Shown here piece by piece: positions 25,721 through 39,089 of a stretch of DNA of 64,000 bases. Origin of the DNA: Octopus sinensis (lineage: Eukaryota); assembly GCF_006345805.1 (NCBI RefSeq), contig NC_043005.1, positions 61,504,001 to 61,568,000 of the forward strand. The letters run 5' to 3'. The position numbers and the translations under genes are program-made. Position 1 is the first letter of the stretch. The number at the start of each line of letters is the position of its first letter. The notes beneath the pieces are model-generated. The model made no database searches, had not been told where the DNA came from, and worked only from the letters and a program-made list of their open reading frames with translations.

Positions 25721-26900
25721 TACTCTATCTTCTAATTAGCCTTAGGATTAAATTAAATAACGTTTAATATTGTTTAATTGTTATAATTATTGTTAATTTA
25801 GCCTTAAGATTAAATTAAATAACGTTTAATATTGTTTAATATTGTTAATATTTCAGATACTCTATCTTCTAATTAGCCTTAAGATTAAATTAAATAACGT
25901 TTAATATTAATAACATCTAATTAGCCTTAGGATTAAATTAAATAACGTTTAATATTGTTAATAATTATTGTAATTAGCCTTAGGATTAAATTAAATACGT
26001 TAATGTTTAATATTGTTAATAATTACTGTTAATTAGCCGTAGATTAAATTTAAATAACGTTTAATATTGTTTAATATTGTTAATAATTATTGTGTAATTA
26101 GCCTTAGGATTAAATTAAATAACGTTTATATTGTTTAATATGTTAATAATTATTGTTAATAGCTTAAGATTAAATTAAATAACGTTTAATATTGTTTTAA
26201 TATTGTTAATAATTCTTCAGATACTCATCTTCTAATTAGCCTTAAGATTAAATTAAATAACGTTTAATATTACCCACACTCTAATATAATATAACATTGC
26301 TAATAATTTCAGATACTCTATCTCCTGATTAGCCTTAAGATTAAATAACGTTTTTATCCACACTCTAATAAAATTAATATTGCTAATATTTTCAGATACT
26401 CTATCTTCTAAGCCTTAAGATTAAATTAAATAACGTTTAATATTAATAACGTCTAATTAGCCTTAAGATTAAATTAATAACGGAATATTGCTTAATATTG
26501 TATATATAATTTTTAGATACTCTGTCTTCTAATTAGCCTTAAGATTAAATTAAATAACGTTTAATATTACCCACACTCTAATATAATATTAATATTGTAT
26601 ATATATTTTCAGATACTCTATCTCCAAATTAGCCTTAAGATTAAATAAGTTTTTTACCCACACTCTAATATAATATTAATATTGCTAATATATTTCAGAT
26701 ACTCTATCTCCTAATTAGCCTTAAGATAAACAACGTTTTATCCACACTCTAATATAATATAATATTGCTAATAATTTTCAGATACTCTATCCCCTAATAG
26801 CCTTAGATTAAAACGTTTTTACCCAAAATAACGTTTTTACACAAACTTTAATATTGTTAATATTCTTTTTCAAGTACTCTATTCTAATTAGCCTTAATAT
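25721..26900 (+). repeat. AT-rich minisatellite, ~17 units of ~50-95 bp with core AATTAGCCTTAAGATTAAATTAAATAACGTTT
   Basis: The core was counted about 17 times. Distal units add TTCAGATACTCTATCT and ACCCACACTCTAATATAA. Confidence 0.9.
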
Positions 26901-26960
26901 CTTCCTGTCTTCTCTCGAACATAATTAGATAGATATAAACGGATAGACGGATTATCCAGC

Positions 26961-27875
26961 ATGTCCAGAGCATGGAGACGTGACGAGCTGGATTTATTCG
27001 TACGAGCATGGGAGTGCGCCGGCGGAGATAGCCCTAGCGAGGGTGGGTGATTGCGCTGCGCTGAAGAGCAGAGGCTACAAGGACAGCGGCTCAGATGGAG
27101 CGAAAGAGACAGGAATTCGTGCGCTCATATGCGCTTGTACGGTCGCACATTGGCGCCACTTGATGCCATCTTTGAGAACGAGCGGGGCAAAGATGGCAAG
27201 AATGGAGACGATGAAAGAAGTCACCCCCCACCTGGTGGACGCCCGGGAGGAGGTTTTGAATGAGAAACCTGCCCGGGAAGTGAACCCAGGTGCAAGTTCT
27301 CCAACCGGCAGCAAGGGCCATGGAGACGGAGAACCCGGTGAAGAGGTGAGAGGGAGGAAGAAGAACTAAAAGAAGGACTGGAAGAGCTAAAGGAAAAGAA
27401 AAAGCTCAAGCAGGACCAAAGAGTGAAACAACCAGAGGAATAGAGTGGAACCGCAAAGGATGGAACCAAACAGCGCACACGGGTGTGTATGTTCTACCTG
27501 AGAGGTTCCTGCTGGCATGGAAAGGAAGGTCCAGGCTGCCGCTTTGCACATCGGGGACCTGCCACAGAGACACGAGCAGATGGACAAACCATCAACACAA
27601 AGAAAAGGGATGGACCACGCACCACTGCCCCAAAGCGGAGGTACGCAGATGTTGTGCGCGCCACAAAACATCAACATGATGTTGTCGAAAGAGCAGCTGC
27701 TGAGCAACAATCTTTTTTGTGCATGGCACAAAAGATTGTACAGCAGCTGACCTGGCTTCATCAAACCCAAGCCCGCAGGTGGGACTACCCACTATATACC
27801 AGACCACCACAGCAAACAGACACAGGATGGACACCGCCGGCAACAACGTACACCTCACCTCGATACTCCTACTGA
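26961..27875 (+). pseudogene. LINE ORF1 (frameshifted): Myb/SANT-like N-terminus, charged linker, CCCH zinc finger
   Basis: ATG at 26961 gives MSRAWRRDELDLFVRAWE; other frames give LKSRGY and RTAAQMERKRQEFVRSY. CMFYLRGSCWHGKEGPGCRFAH starts at 27486. Stop at 27873-27875. Confidence 0.6.
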
Positions 27876-30807
27876 ACATCAGAGGACTGCAAACACTCAG
27901 TAAACAGGACAAAAGATCCCGTTCCTGAGAGACTTTGTTGCATGCAATCAAGCCTTATGCATAGCACTTACAGAAAACGCACCTGAAACCGGACATAGCA
28001 GATGCGGAGTTACACATACCACAGTATGCTGTATACGGACCGACGGAAGAAAGGAAAGGAGTCATGGAGGTGTTGCTATGTACATCCTGAGGACCTCACA
28101 CCCCAGGTCCTCTTGTCATACTCAAACTCGGTGTGTGACACACTAATTGTACATATTAGGCAACTTGATGTAGTTGTGTGTGCTACATATCGCCCTCCAG
28201 ATGCCCCAGCCATGTGGGCAAGTTTGAAGACTGCCTTATAAAAATAGAAGAAATTCTAACCACATTAGAACAACACATAGGTGTGCTTCTTATGGGAGAC
28301 TTCAATCTGCCCAATGTCAGATGGCCCGAGGGCCTTTCTCTCCCAGGAATGACAGATGTGAACGAGGACAGCGAGGTCCTCCTGAACCTCATGAACACCC
28401 TGTACATGGAGCAGGTAATACTCCAACCAACCAGGGCAGGTAACACACTGGTTCTCTGCTTCACAAATGACATGGATCTCATCCATAATGTGAAAGTGAC
28501 ACCGACACTACTCTCGGATCACAACATGATAGAGCTGACCATGTACGGGCCAAAAGAGAGCACGGACATGCAGCCTACAGAAACCTCAAATCTTTCCAGC
28601 TTGAACTACCATAAGGCAAACTGGAAACAAATTGAGAAAGAGATCCTCAAACAAAACTGGCCTAAATGTCTCTCCTCGCCAGACATCGACGTGAAACTTC
28701 AACAATTCATGTCTGTAATGCAAGCCATATGCTACAAATGTGTCCCAGAGAGAAAGGCCACTGTACACAAGAACAAAATCCCCAGAGAGAGAAAATTTTA
28801 ATGAGACGGCGTACGAAATTTTCAAATCGCCAAACAAACAGATTGAAAGCAGTGAAAAGTCCCGCCTAAAAATAAAACTGTTGGAAATCGAAAAATGTCT
28901 GCAACTCTCCCATGAAAAAGAAAGAGCAGACAAAGAAGCCTGGGCTATAGAAAACATAAAATCTAACCCCAGAGCTTTCTACAGGTATGCCAAAGAAACA
29001 GCTACGGTGCACTGTAGAATAGGGCCACTCCTCGAAAAGGATGGCACACTTACAGGAAAACCAATGAGGGTAAGTGAAATAACTGAATGAGCAATTCAAG
29101 AGTGTTTTCACTCACCCCTTGGGCATCTCCAAATCACCAATCCAAACTGACTTTTTTTACCACTGCAGATATAAAATCAGAGGCGGCGACGATAGATTAC
29201 ATCGATATAAAGGAAGACGATGTAACCAAGGCTATAATGAAATGAAAACAGACTCAGCTACTGGCCCCGATGGATTCCCGGCAATCCTCCTAAAAGCATG
29301 TAAGAGAGTCCTAGCAAGACCACTGCAGTTCCTCTTTCAGGCTTCCTTGCAGCTGCAAACTTCCAGGAAACTGAAGGAAGGTAAAATATGCCCATTCATA
29401 AAGGAGGTAGCAGAGCGGAAGCCAAGAACTATATACCTATCTCTCTGACCTCACACATCAGCAAGGTCATGGAACGAATAATCAGAAGGAAGCTGATCAC
29501 CTTCCTGAAGAGAATGACTTACTGCCCGACACCCAACATGGTTTCCGACCAGGGAGAAGCTGTTTAACTCAGCTCCTACAACACTATTGTGCTGGGTGCT
29601 GAAACGGCTGCTCAACCACTCAAATGTGGAAGTGATATATCTCGACTTTGCAAAGGCCTTTGATAAAGTCGATCATGGAATGATATGTCACAAAACTGCG
29701 TGATCTCAACATAGTTGGAAAACTGGGAGAATGGCTTCATGACTTTCTGAAGGATAGAAGTCAGGTGGTAGTAGCCAATGGGGCCACCTCCATTAACACA
29801 CAATAGTGAGCGGTGTTCCGCAGGGCACTGTTCTGGGACCACTACTGTTCATAATGGCCCTCTCAGACATGCCCTCAGCCACGCAGAGAGCCACGATCAC
29901 AAGTTATGCAGATGATACAAAAGTTTCACAGGCAATACAGAACTCTGAGGACACTAAACACCTGCAATGTGAGCTGGACGAAATATACAAGTGGGCTGAA
30001 AAGAATAGCATGCAGTTCAATGCTGGAAAGTTTCAAGCTTTATACTATCAGCATGCAAAACTGAATGCAATACCCAATGAATACACTGGACCCGGAGGGA
30101 TTGCAATCTCAGAGGCACAATCAGTGCGTGACCTGGATATTCACATGAGTGATGACGCGACCTTTCATGTACATGTTGCTAAACTGACAATGAATGTAGA
30201 CGGCTGGCTGGATGGATCTTAGAAACTTTAGAACAAGAGAACAAGAAACCATGATGGTCCTCTGGAAGACACTTGTCCTAAGCCACTTTGACTATTGCTC
30301 TCAGCTATGGTCACCATCCAGTGTCAAGTTGATCACAGAACTTGAGGCGATCCAACGAAGCTACACAAAGAAGATAGCCTCTATGCAGAATGTAAGCTAC
30401 TGGGAAAGACTCAAGAGATTAAAATTATATTCCCTGGAGCGTAGGCGGGAAAGATATGCCATAATATACATCTGGAAGATCCTGGAGGGAAGTGTCCTGA
30501 ACTTTGCATCGAGAGTTACGCAAATGCCAGAAAAAGGGCGCCACTGCGTGGTGCCTAGGACTCCAAACCTGCCATCAAGATGTAGGACAAGATCTGTGAT
30601 AGCCTGGGCTTCGAGGCCCAGCTCTTCAATATCCTCGAAGAACCTGAGAGACCTGCATGGGGTGGATACAGATGTCTTTAAAATGAAGCTGGATCTCTTC
30701 CTGTCAGGTGTCCCAGATGAACCAACTTCACGGCAGGAGGGCAGATGAGGGCAGCTGCATCGAACTCTCTCATCACCAAATAGCAGTTGCTAGAAAGCCT
30801 CCATGAA
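27827..30807 (+). pseudogene. LINE ORF2, APE endonuclease plus reverse transcriptase (many frameshifts as assembled)
   Basis: APE motifs LLNIRGL, YRPP, MGDFNLP, PTR and SDHN. RT motifs DFAKAFDKVDH, SGVPQGTVLGPLLF and YADD (29905-29916). Confidence 0.92.
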
Positions 30808-30948
30808 GTGAAACCAAGTAGCAACACCAAATGGCGGTGCCCCAGCATGGCCACAGCTCATAAGCTGAAACTAGATCAATCAATCAATCAATCAATCATA
30901 TATATATACATATATATATACACATAATATATACATATATATATACAT

Positions 30949-30996
<48 letters not shown>

Positions 30997-31258
30997 TAGA
31001 TATATATATATAGACAGATATATATACATATATATATAACATATATATATACATATATATAATATACATATATATATAACATTATATATATTACCATATA
31101 TATATATACATATATATATATCATATATATATATATATATATCATATTGAGTTTATTTCGAGATTTCTTGCTAATAGAGAAAGAGTTGGTTTCTAACCTA
31201 GATCCAAGGGTCATTGGAATTTCAACATCAGCAACAAGGTATTTTTGTATGTATGTAT

Positions 31259-31473
31259 ACTCTTTTACTCTTTTACTTGTTTCAGTCATTTGACTGTGGC
31301 CTTGCTGAAGCACCACCTTTTTTTAGTCGAGCAAATCGACCCAGGACTTATTCTTTGTAAGCCTAGTGCTTATTCTATCGGTCTCTTTTGCCGAACCGCT
31401 ACGTTACGGAGACGTAAACACACCAGCATCGGTTGTCAAGCGATGTTGGGGGGACAAACACAGACAGACAGAA

Positions 31474-31530
<57 letters not shown>

Positions 31531-31703
31531 CATATATATACGACGGGCTTCTTTCAGTTTCCGTCTACCAAATCAACTCACAAGGCTTTTGTCGGCCCGA
31601 GGCTACAGTAGAAGACAGTTGCCCAAGGTGCCACGCAGTGGGACTGAACCCGGAAACATGTGGTTCGTAAGCAAGCAACTTACCACACACCCATTCCTAC
31701 GCC
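31259..31703 (-). mobile_element. SINE family A, full length
   Basis: Reverse complement of the 579-1000 element, with an internal (CA)n/(TA)n tract. Confidence 0.9.
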
Positions 31704-32667
31704 TATGTGTATGTATGTATGTATGTACGTATGCATGTATGTATGTTTGCATGTATGTATGTATGTATGTATGCATGCATGTATGTATGTATGTATATAC
31801 GTACATGAGTATGAAATATGCAAAATGAATGTTGGTATATAAAAAAATATATGTATACCAATGATAGTATTATTTGTATGTGTGCGTGTGTGTTTGTGTG
31901 TGTCTGAATGGATGTATGCGTAGGTATGTATATTTAGATATAATTATTTCTATGTATACACCGAGTGAATGAACATATGTGTCTGTATACAGGTGCAGGC
32001 GAATAAGTCTCTTCTTGTGTGATGAGCGTATTTTGATGACTTCTTAAATGACTGTGAGGCGTATCAGTACAATTGATATTAAGCTTTACAAGTCGAGTGG
32101 CAGACAAGCTGGGATAGTAGGATGACTAAGAATCTTTTCATGAAAAACATTTACAGACAAAAGAGATAACGAATACTTCTAGTCTATATCCTAATATATC
32201 AAAACGTTAATCTATCTTCACAAGGAAAGAGATATGCTATGACAGAAGTTTAGGTTTGATTCTTATTTATATTTACACTTTCGATTTTTATTCTCATGAA
32301 CTAATTTTCGACCTTTTTATTTTTTACTGCCATTAATCTATTTGGTATTTGTTTGACTTATGCCTATTTGAGTCTGTAAGTTACTCAGAGAATGCTAAAA
32401 AATGTAATGGGAAACTGAACGTGATCAAGTTGGTTCCATCAAAGCCACGCACGTGATGACGTGCTACTACACAGTTGCTGGTGGATCATATTTAATCATG
32501 TAACTGTTTATCTATTATTTTTATATAAATAGAATGGTATAGAAAACCCAGCAACTAGCATTTGTTACCATTTCACAGAAACAATTGTTGTGATGTGCGA
32601 TCAAAGCTTGTTCATCCCATCTTCTGGTTGCATAAAGTTATATATATTTATTTATATTCATAAAGTG

Positions 32668-32710
<43 letters not shown>

Positions 32711-32784
32711 CGTGTGTTTCTAATATGGCTAACTGGTAAAATGACCATTCCGAAATACAACACTGTATATATATATATAATATC

Positions 32785-32826
<42 letters not shown>

Positions 32827-34318
32827 ATATATATATATATATATAAAGAAATAGAGCAACAGACGGCAAGGTGTACCACCATTTTAATAAAGATGCAATT
32901 TTCGTCTCGCCGTTAAAAGCAAACAATACAGTGGATACTGAACAGTTGTCTCTCTGACAACGTGACTTAATTAATGATGAATGCACCACACAGGAGGTTT
33001 GTTATAATTTGGCATGTGTGGTTCATCGTTTTAATAAGCATACAATGTTAGCATCACAGGGACGTACACAAAGTGGTTCAAATACAAGCTTTATCTTTCC
33101 GTAGGGATTTAAAATGTGATTAATCTTATGTAGGTTATACTACAAATAATCTCAATAAACGCTGTACCGTGCTCTATGAATACGTTCATCTGTTGTTTTC
33201 AGCGCAAGTGCGGTTATGCAAATTTGACGTACGCAAAATTTTCCAATGAACTAAATTTTACATAATAGATGAAAAGAAATAAACCTAGTAGCAATAATTA
33301 ACAACTGTAATTAATGACCAACGAGGTCAGATTTCAAGAAATCAAGTATCAATTTCAAAGAAAATTCAATTTTCATGCTATGAGGAATTTTTTTCATTTT
33401 TTCATTTATTTTGAATTGTCTCCGTTCATTTATATTTGGTAACCGATTGATTTGTGGCATGTTTGGTATATAATCTAAATGTGTATACAAGAAATAGTAT
33501 TTTGTGTGTAGATATGTTGTCTGTTTAAAGGAAATATTTGTGAAGAGAAAGAATTTAGGAGAGAGAACGAATGCGGAATGGGAAAAATGAGAGAAAGAAG
33601 ATTGGAAGATGAAAAATGTAGCGGAAACAGAAGACAAAGAAATAAAAAAAGTTTGCAAGTCATGATGGATGACAAGATTAGGAGAAATGTGGCGTGTAGA
33701 GAGAGAATGGGTTGTTTAAATGTACGAGTTGTTGTGTCTAAAAACTTTTCTGTACAAAATATATTTAAAAATAATACAAGAACTTTCAAAATGAAATATG
33801 TTTGAAACCTATAGGGAATGACAGCATTTATAAAGAAATCATTAAAAAAAAAAGTATTTATTGTACCTTTCTCTTTTTTCCAAAGTAGTCTGATGGAATG
33901 ACTTGTGTAAAAATACCACGGCTGATTTTGCACTAGTAATTGATATGAATACTTGTGGGACTTCCAAAGGGGATGCATTTCGTCGCTGATGTGGACGTCA
34001 AATTCCTATTGTTGATTTATGCAATACAGCGATACTGCAAAAAGCAATAACAACAAGAGGATGGAAAATGTCGGCAGAATGAATAGAATGGCGATAAAAG
34101 AATGAAATATATGTGCGTAGGTGTGTATGTTTGCGTGCATCTACATGTACATATAGATATGTATGTATGAATGTGTATTATATATATATATATATTATAT
34201 ATATATATATATGCATCAATACGTATGTATGTGATTGTATTTGGTGTATGCATATATATATAATATATATATATATATACGTTTATATATATGTGTGTAT
34301 ATTCTGTGGGTCGTGGAG

Positions 34319-34356
<38 letters not shown>

Positions 34357-34792
34357 AGTACAGGACATCAGCAACAAGTGAAAAATACGTAACCACATAG
34401 TGAGAGACAAGTACCAGACAAAATACCACATGAGGTCTAAACCCTCCTCAGTTGTCGACTGTTAATTACTCCCTATTTCGAACTTTCAACGACAATAGAA
34501 GAAAACTTCATTAAACAGCAGCATCCCACAATTTAAAAAATATAACAAAATTTCTGGAGAGTTAGAGCTTCGAACGGACAAACAACTACAGGGTGGAGGT
34601 ACAGAGTAAACAATTGACGAAGACAGCCATTAAGAGCCGTTAGGCCAAGATGCATTGTAACGGGTCACGCGTGGGATAAATTTTGAAAGGATATAGGATA
34701 AAGGCAAGAGAGGAAAAGAGTTGAAGGGGAAAAAAAGAGTGAGAGAAAAATGTCGGGAGGTGAGAAGAAATAACGTTCTGTTAAGTACGCAA

Positions 34793-34797
<5 letters not shown>

Positions 34798-34850
<53 letters not shown>

Positions 34851-34956
34851 TATGTATGTAAGTATGTATGTATATTAGACAAGAACAGATAACAAAGCCA
34901 AGGCTGTGAAGTGTTTTCAGGACATTTATAAGGAAAGAGATACAGTCTATAGATAG

Positions 34957-35006
<50 letters not shown>

Positions 35007-35043
35007 GTAGGTAGGTAGGTATGTAGGTAGGTAGGTAGGTAGG

Positions 35044-35115
<72 letters not shown>

Positions 35116-35135
35116 GATAGATAGATAGATAGATA
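34798..35135. repeat. Compound (GT)n and (AGAT)n/(AGGT)n microsatellites
   Basis: Directly visible. Confidence 0.9.
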
Positions 35136-37586
35136 AGTTTCTTTATTGGCCACACAGGGCTGCACACAGATGGGACAAGTTACAAGGTAGAGCTTTTCTT
35201 TTGGGGGATGAAAAAACAAAAAACATAAGGAAAAAAAAAAGGGGTGGCGTAGGTTTTCGATGAAGAGGGATCGTAAAAGGGAAGAAAAGAACAAAAAAAT
35301 TAAAAAATAAAAATAATAAAAAAAGAAAGAAAAGGAACAAAAGAAAAGACGAATGAAAAAAGATAGATAGATATAGATAGATAGATATAGATATATACAT
35401 ACATACATACATTCATGCATACATACTTATATATACATGTACATGATGCTTCAGGGCCTAATGGTGAGGATGTTTACCACATGACCCTACGGTCGCGGAT
35501 TCGATTGATCACGAGAGGCATTGTATCACTAAAACTAGTCATTTTATTTCCAGTTGTTAGTCGACCCTAGCCTAGTGCTTGTGCACTACATAGAACCTAA
35601 AACAAATAGCGAAAGATTGGGAGAAACTATCAGTTTGTACTCGCTTGCTAGCTAAGCTTTATATGTGTGTGCATGCGTTTATGTGTGTGCATGCAATTAT
35701 GTTTTTGTGTATGTATGTGTGTGTGCACGTTTACACATAAGTTGATGTAGATAAAGTCGGAAAAAGAATGAACGAAAACATATGCTAGCAATGATGTCGA
35801 AAAAAGCAAAGTGATAAGGTGAGGGTGAGAGGAATGAATGTGAAACATAGAATGTTAGATGGAAATAAAAAATAAAAAAAACAATGAAATAAATAAAAAA
35901 ATGAATGGTATAGGACAAGGTTTGTACATGGCAGTATGATCGAGTGTCGAAAGAGAATTGAAACAACAAAGATTGCAGATACGTTGAAGAAGATAAATAG
36001 AAGTGCGCTGTATAAAACTTCAGGCAAAATGAAAGAAGGCAAAACAAAAATTCTAAAGAACAGAGCTAGGTAATGGAAAGTCGATCAATGAACTTTTCTG
36101 GGGATGAAATAGATATCGAAGTAGCGATACAATATCTGTTTGATTATCATTTTTCAGGAGAGTTACAACATATATATTTTTTTTTTCTAATGTAAGACTG
36201 ATGTGAAACGTGCTTTTTTTATAGGTGACTTGCTGGGCGGATGGTTTCCCTTTTCTATTCCATGGCCTTTTATCCTCCAGTATGTCTATTGGCTTTACAT
36301 TTTTTTGTCTGTTCTTAACTCGCTCTACCTCGTCTTAATTCGGTGTTTCTCATAGCCAGAGAGGAGGACGTAAGGGTTTAGAGAAACGGACGGATAATTT
36401 TCCGGGTTTCATAAAACCAATATGGTTTTAAACATTTTAAGCTTGATCCAGCATCATGATGAAGAAATTTCACCAATATTTATGGTTGAGACTTGCCTTT
36501 TCGAAACCTCTGCCCTACGTCCAAAAATTCCCCAAATCATTATTATAATTAGTATTTTTATTACTATTTCCTATACAATTTTTATGAAGGGCTTCATTCG
36601 AAATTTCGTTCATACTAACTAGTCATATCTCATACGTTTTGCTTTGAGTTAATTTGATGGCTTATTAATAGAGCTTCTCATTACTTTTCAAAGTCAGCAT
36701 GAGACTACAATCATCTTAATGGAAATGCCCACTGCATCATCTTAGTTAAAAATGTGCACTACGTAGTCACGGCTAAAACGCCTTTGTTCATATATATCTT
36801 ATCAATCAAATCTAACATCGGATTCACCAATAACCACAAGTCTACTTAAAATGTTCTAATATTTATTTATTTGCGTTAGGTTTGTATTTATTTCAGCCAT
36901 CACAGCTAAATCAATGCTGGAGTGCATCCTTTATATGTGATATGTTACATAAGAAAGTTGACAAATCGAATAGAAACAATAAATATAATGAATTTGAATT
37001 TGATACTGAGCAGAAGTTAGTGGACTGGGAAATTTTAGAAGACAAAATGTTATATCTATTTTTACAAAGCATGAAGAATAATGTGTGTATGTGATTGTGT
37101 GTGAATTTAGAAAATGTTTGGAAACATTGACCCAAACTAAAATTACCACTGCTATGATATCGAATGTTCTGTGATGGGCAAGTATATACAAACTTTCTTT
37201 CCATCTGTTTCTGATTGCAACTGTTTTAGGTGGGGGTGGGGTTGTATGTATATTTTCGATAATGTTTCTACCAACATGTAAAATTGCTAGTCATTAACAT
37301 ATTTATTGTCTTCATTCCACCAGGCTATATCAAGTCAACCTCTAATGATTTCTTTTGGCCCCTTAATGTGTTTCTCATGGATTTTTTTACGTGAGAATAG
37401 CAAAGCAGGTTCTTCGCTACCTTTCTTCATGTGATTTTACAAAACTCTTGTAACTTACTCCCAATTCTGAAAGATTGAAAGCGAAGAAAGAAAACTCAAC
37501 CAACACCAGTACTTTACTGGTACTTTATTAATCCTTCGTAAGAATAAACCTCAATGTTTACATGGAATGGATTCGGTATTCTAGTG

Positions 37587-37752
37587 CAGTGCTTCCCAAC
37601 CTTTTCACTACCAAGGACCCCTTTTATTTAAATGAGTTTTCACACGGACCCCAGGATATTGAAATGTCTGTTAGCTTAACATGCTGACGAACCCCTCAGT
37701 ACTACCTTTGCGGACCACCAGGCGTCTGCAGACAACAGATTGGTAACCACTG
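37587..37752. mobile_element. hAT (Charlie-like) MITE
   Basis: TIRs CAGTGCTTCCCAACCT and AGATTGGTAACCACTG. The 8-bp TSD is TTCTAGTG (37579-37586) and TTCTAGCG (37753-37760). Confidence 0.85.
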
Positions 37753-39089
37753 TTCTAGCGTATAGAGTCGGAACACATTCCAGTTCAGATTCAGCGATGC
37801 ACTAAACGACGCTTCTATTGTGCTGTTTTATCTTAATGTGCTTGGAAAGTTTTCATGTATATTTTTGATTTTTAATATGATATTCCAAACGCTTTCCTGA
37901 ATGGCGGTATTTAGAAATCAAGAACTGAAATCAAGAAAAAATCACGCAAATTTAATTTTGTGATTTTGATTCTTAATTTCCAAGAATATCGTTCTAACGA
38001 TCACTGTTGTTTTCGTTTTCTATCTCCAGCTAAGGGGGAAATTTCAGTTCACTGAGATCTTTTTAATTTTTTATTATTATTATTATTTATATTTTTTACT
38101 CATTTATTTATTGCATATGTCATTCAGTACATCTCTACCAAACTTATTTACGTAAATTCATTTCCCTTGCCTACTTGAGTTAGCTCATTGAATGTTTTTA
38201 ATTACCTAGCCAGCTACGGCATGTGTGATTAAAAAGAATAATCAACAAAGAATGAAACAATGTTTTGTTGTACTTGATGTTCTTTTTGCTCGAGTCAGTT
38301 GTTCTATTCTTGTTGTTGCTTCTGGCTCTCGTGATGACGCTATTGTTTCTGTAAACATTAAGTATTGCAAACCTATTCATTTCTTATAAAAACCTTGATG
38401 TGAAAAGAAAACTTTTATGATCTGTTTTTTTTTTCTTTTAACACATTCGATTTTTTTTCCTTTCTATTATATAACTGAATATATCATTGTATACATGGCT
38501 TCGTTTTCTTGAAAACTGGGAAATTTCATAAGTCTGTGAGATGGAAATTTTAGAAACTTGTTTTTATAATTGTATTTCCATTTATATATTTCTGTATGCT
38601 AATTCAAAATATGAGGAAAAAGAAACTTTCTCCCATTAATTAAGATTTTCTCACAATTTAACGGTAACATATATCAGTATTTGTAGGAAAATCCAGATAT
38701 GGCAGGACAACATGAAACTAATAAAAATGCAATTGGTACTTTGTTTAGCAAAATAAAACGGCACAAATGCAACCGGAAGGGGATAAAATAGAATGGAGCA
38801 TTCCGTATTTTTAGGTTCAGTACTTTCAAATCTCTTCTTCACTCGTAAACTAAGCCTGGAGCTTTTTAGCTTGTGAGCATTTAATGGACATCCACGATGC
38901 AACATCTAGTAGTATTCGGCCATTATATTGGCATTCCATCTTCCTTGATATCTTCTTTCCATCTCCTTTATGTGCTGACGAAACTTTCCCCCCGCTCCTC
39001 ATTCACATCCATCAGAATTTCCGACAAGAAATTCAAATGGACATATAGGAAATGAATTTTACTGATCATTTTACATCATAAGTTTTCGT

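Larger units (their letters stand above)
26900..30898 (+). mobile_element. Near full-length CR1/L2-group (Jockey-superfamily) LINE
   Basis: ORF1-like region, APE endonuclease, RT and a CR1-type C-terminus (LSHFDYCSQLWSP, LKLYSLERRRER), a short 3' UTR and a (CAAT)n tail at ~30876-30898. The 5' boundary is approximate. Confidence 0.92.

Noticed and set aside
27592-29111. Antisense ORFs within the LINE
   Set aside because: They are shadow ORFs of a GC-richer coding strand with no independent motifs.
33311-33978. Overlapping 75-167-aa ORFs
   Set aside because: Purine/pyrimidine-skewed low-complexity sequence with no recognisable domain.
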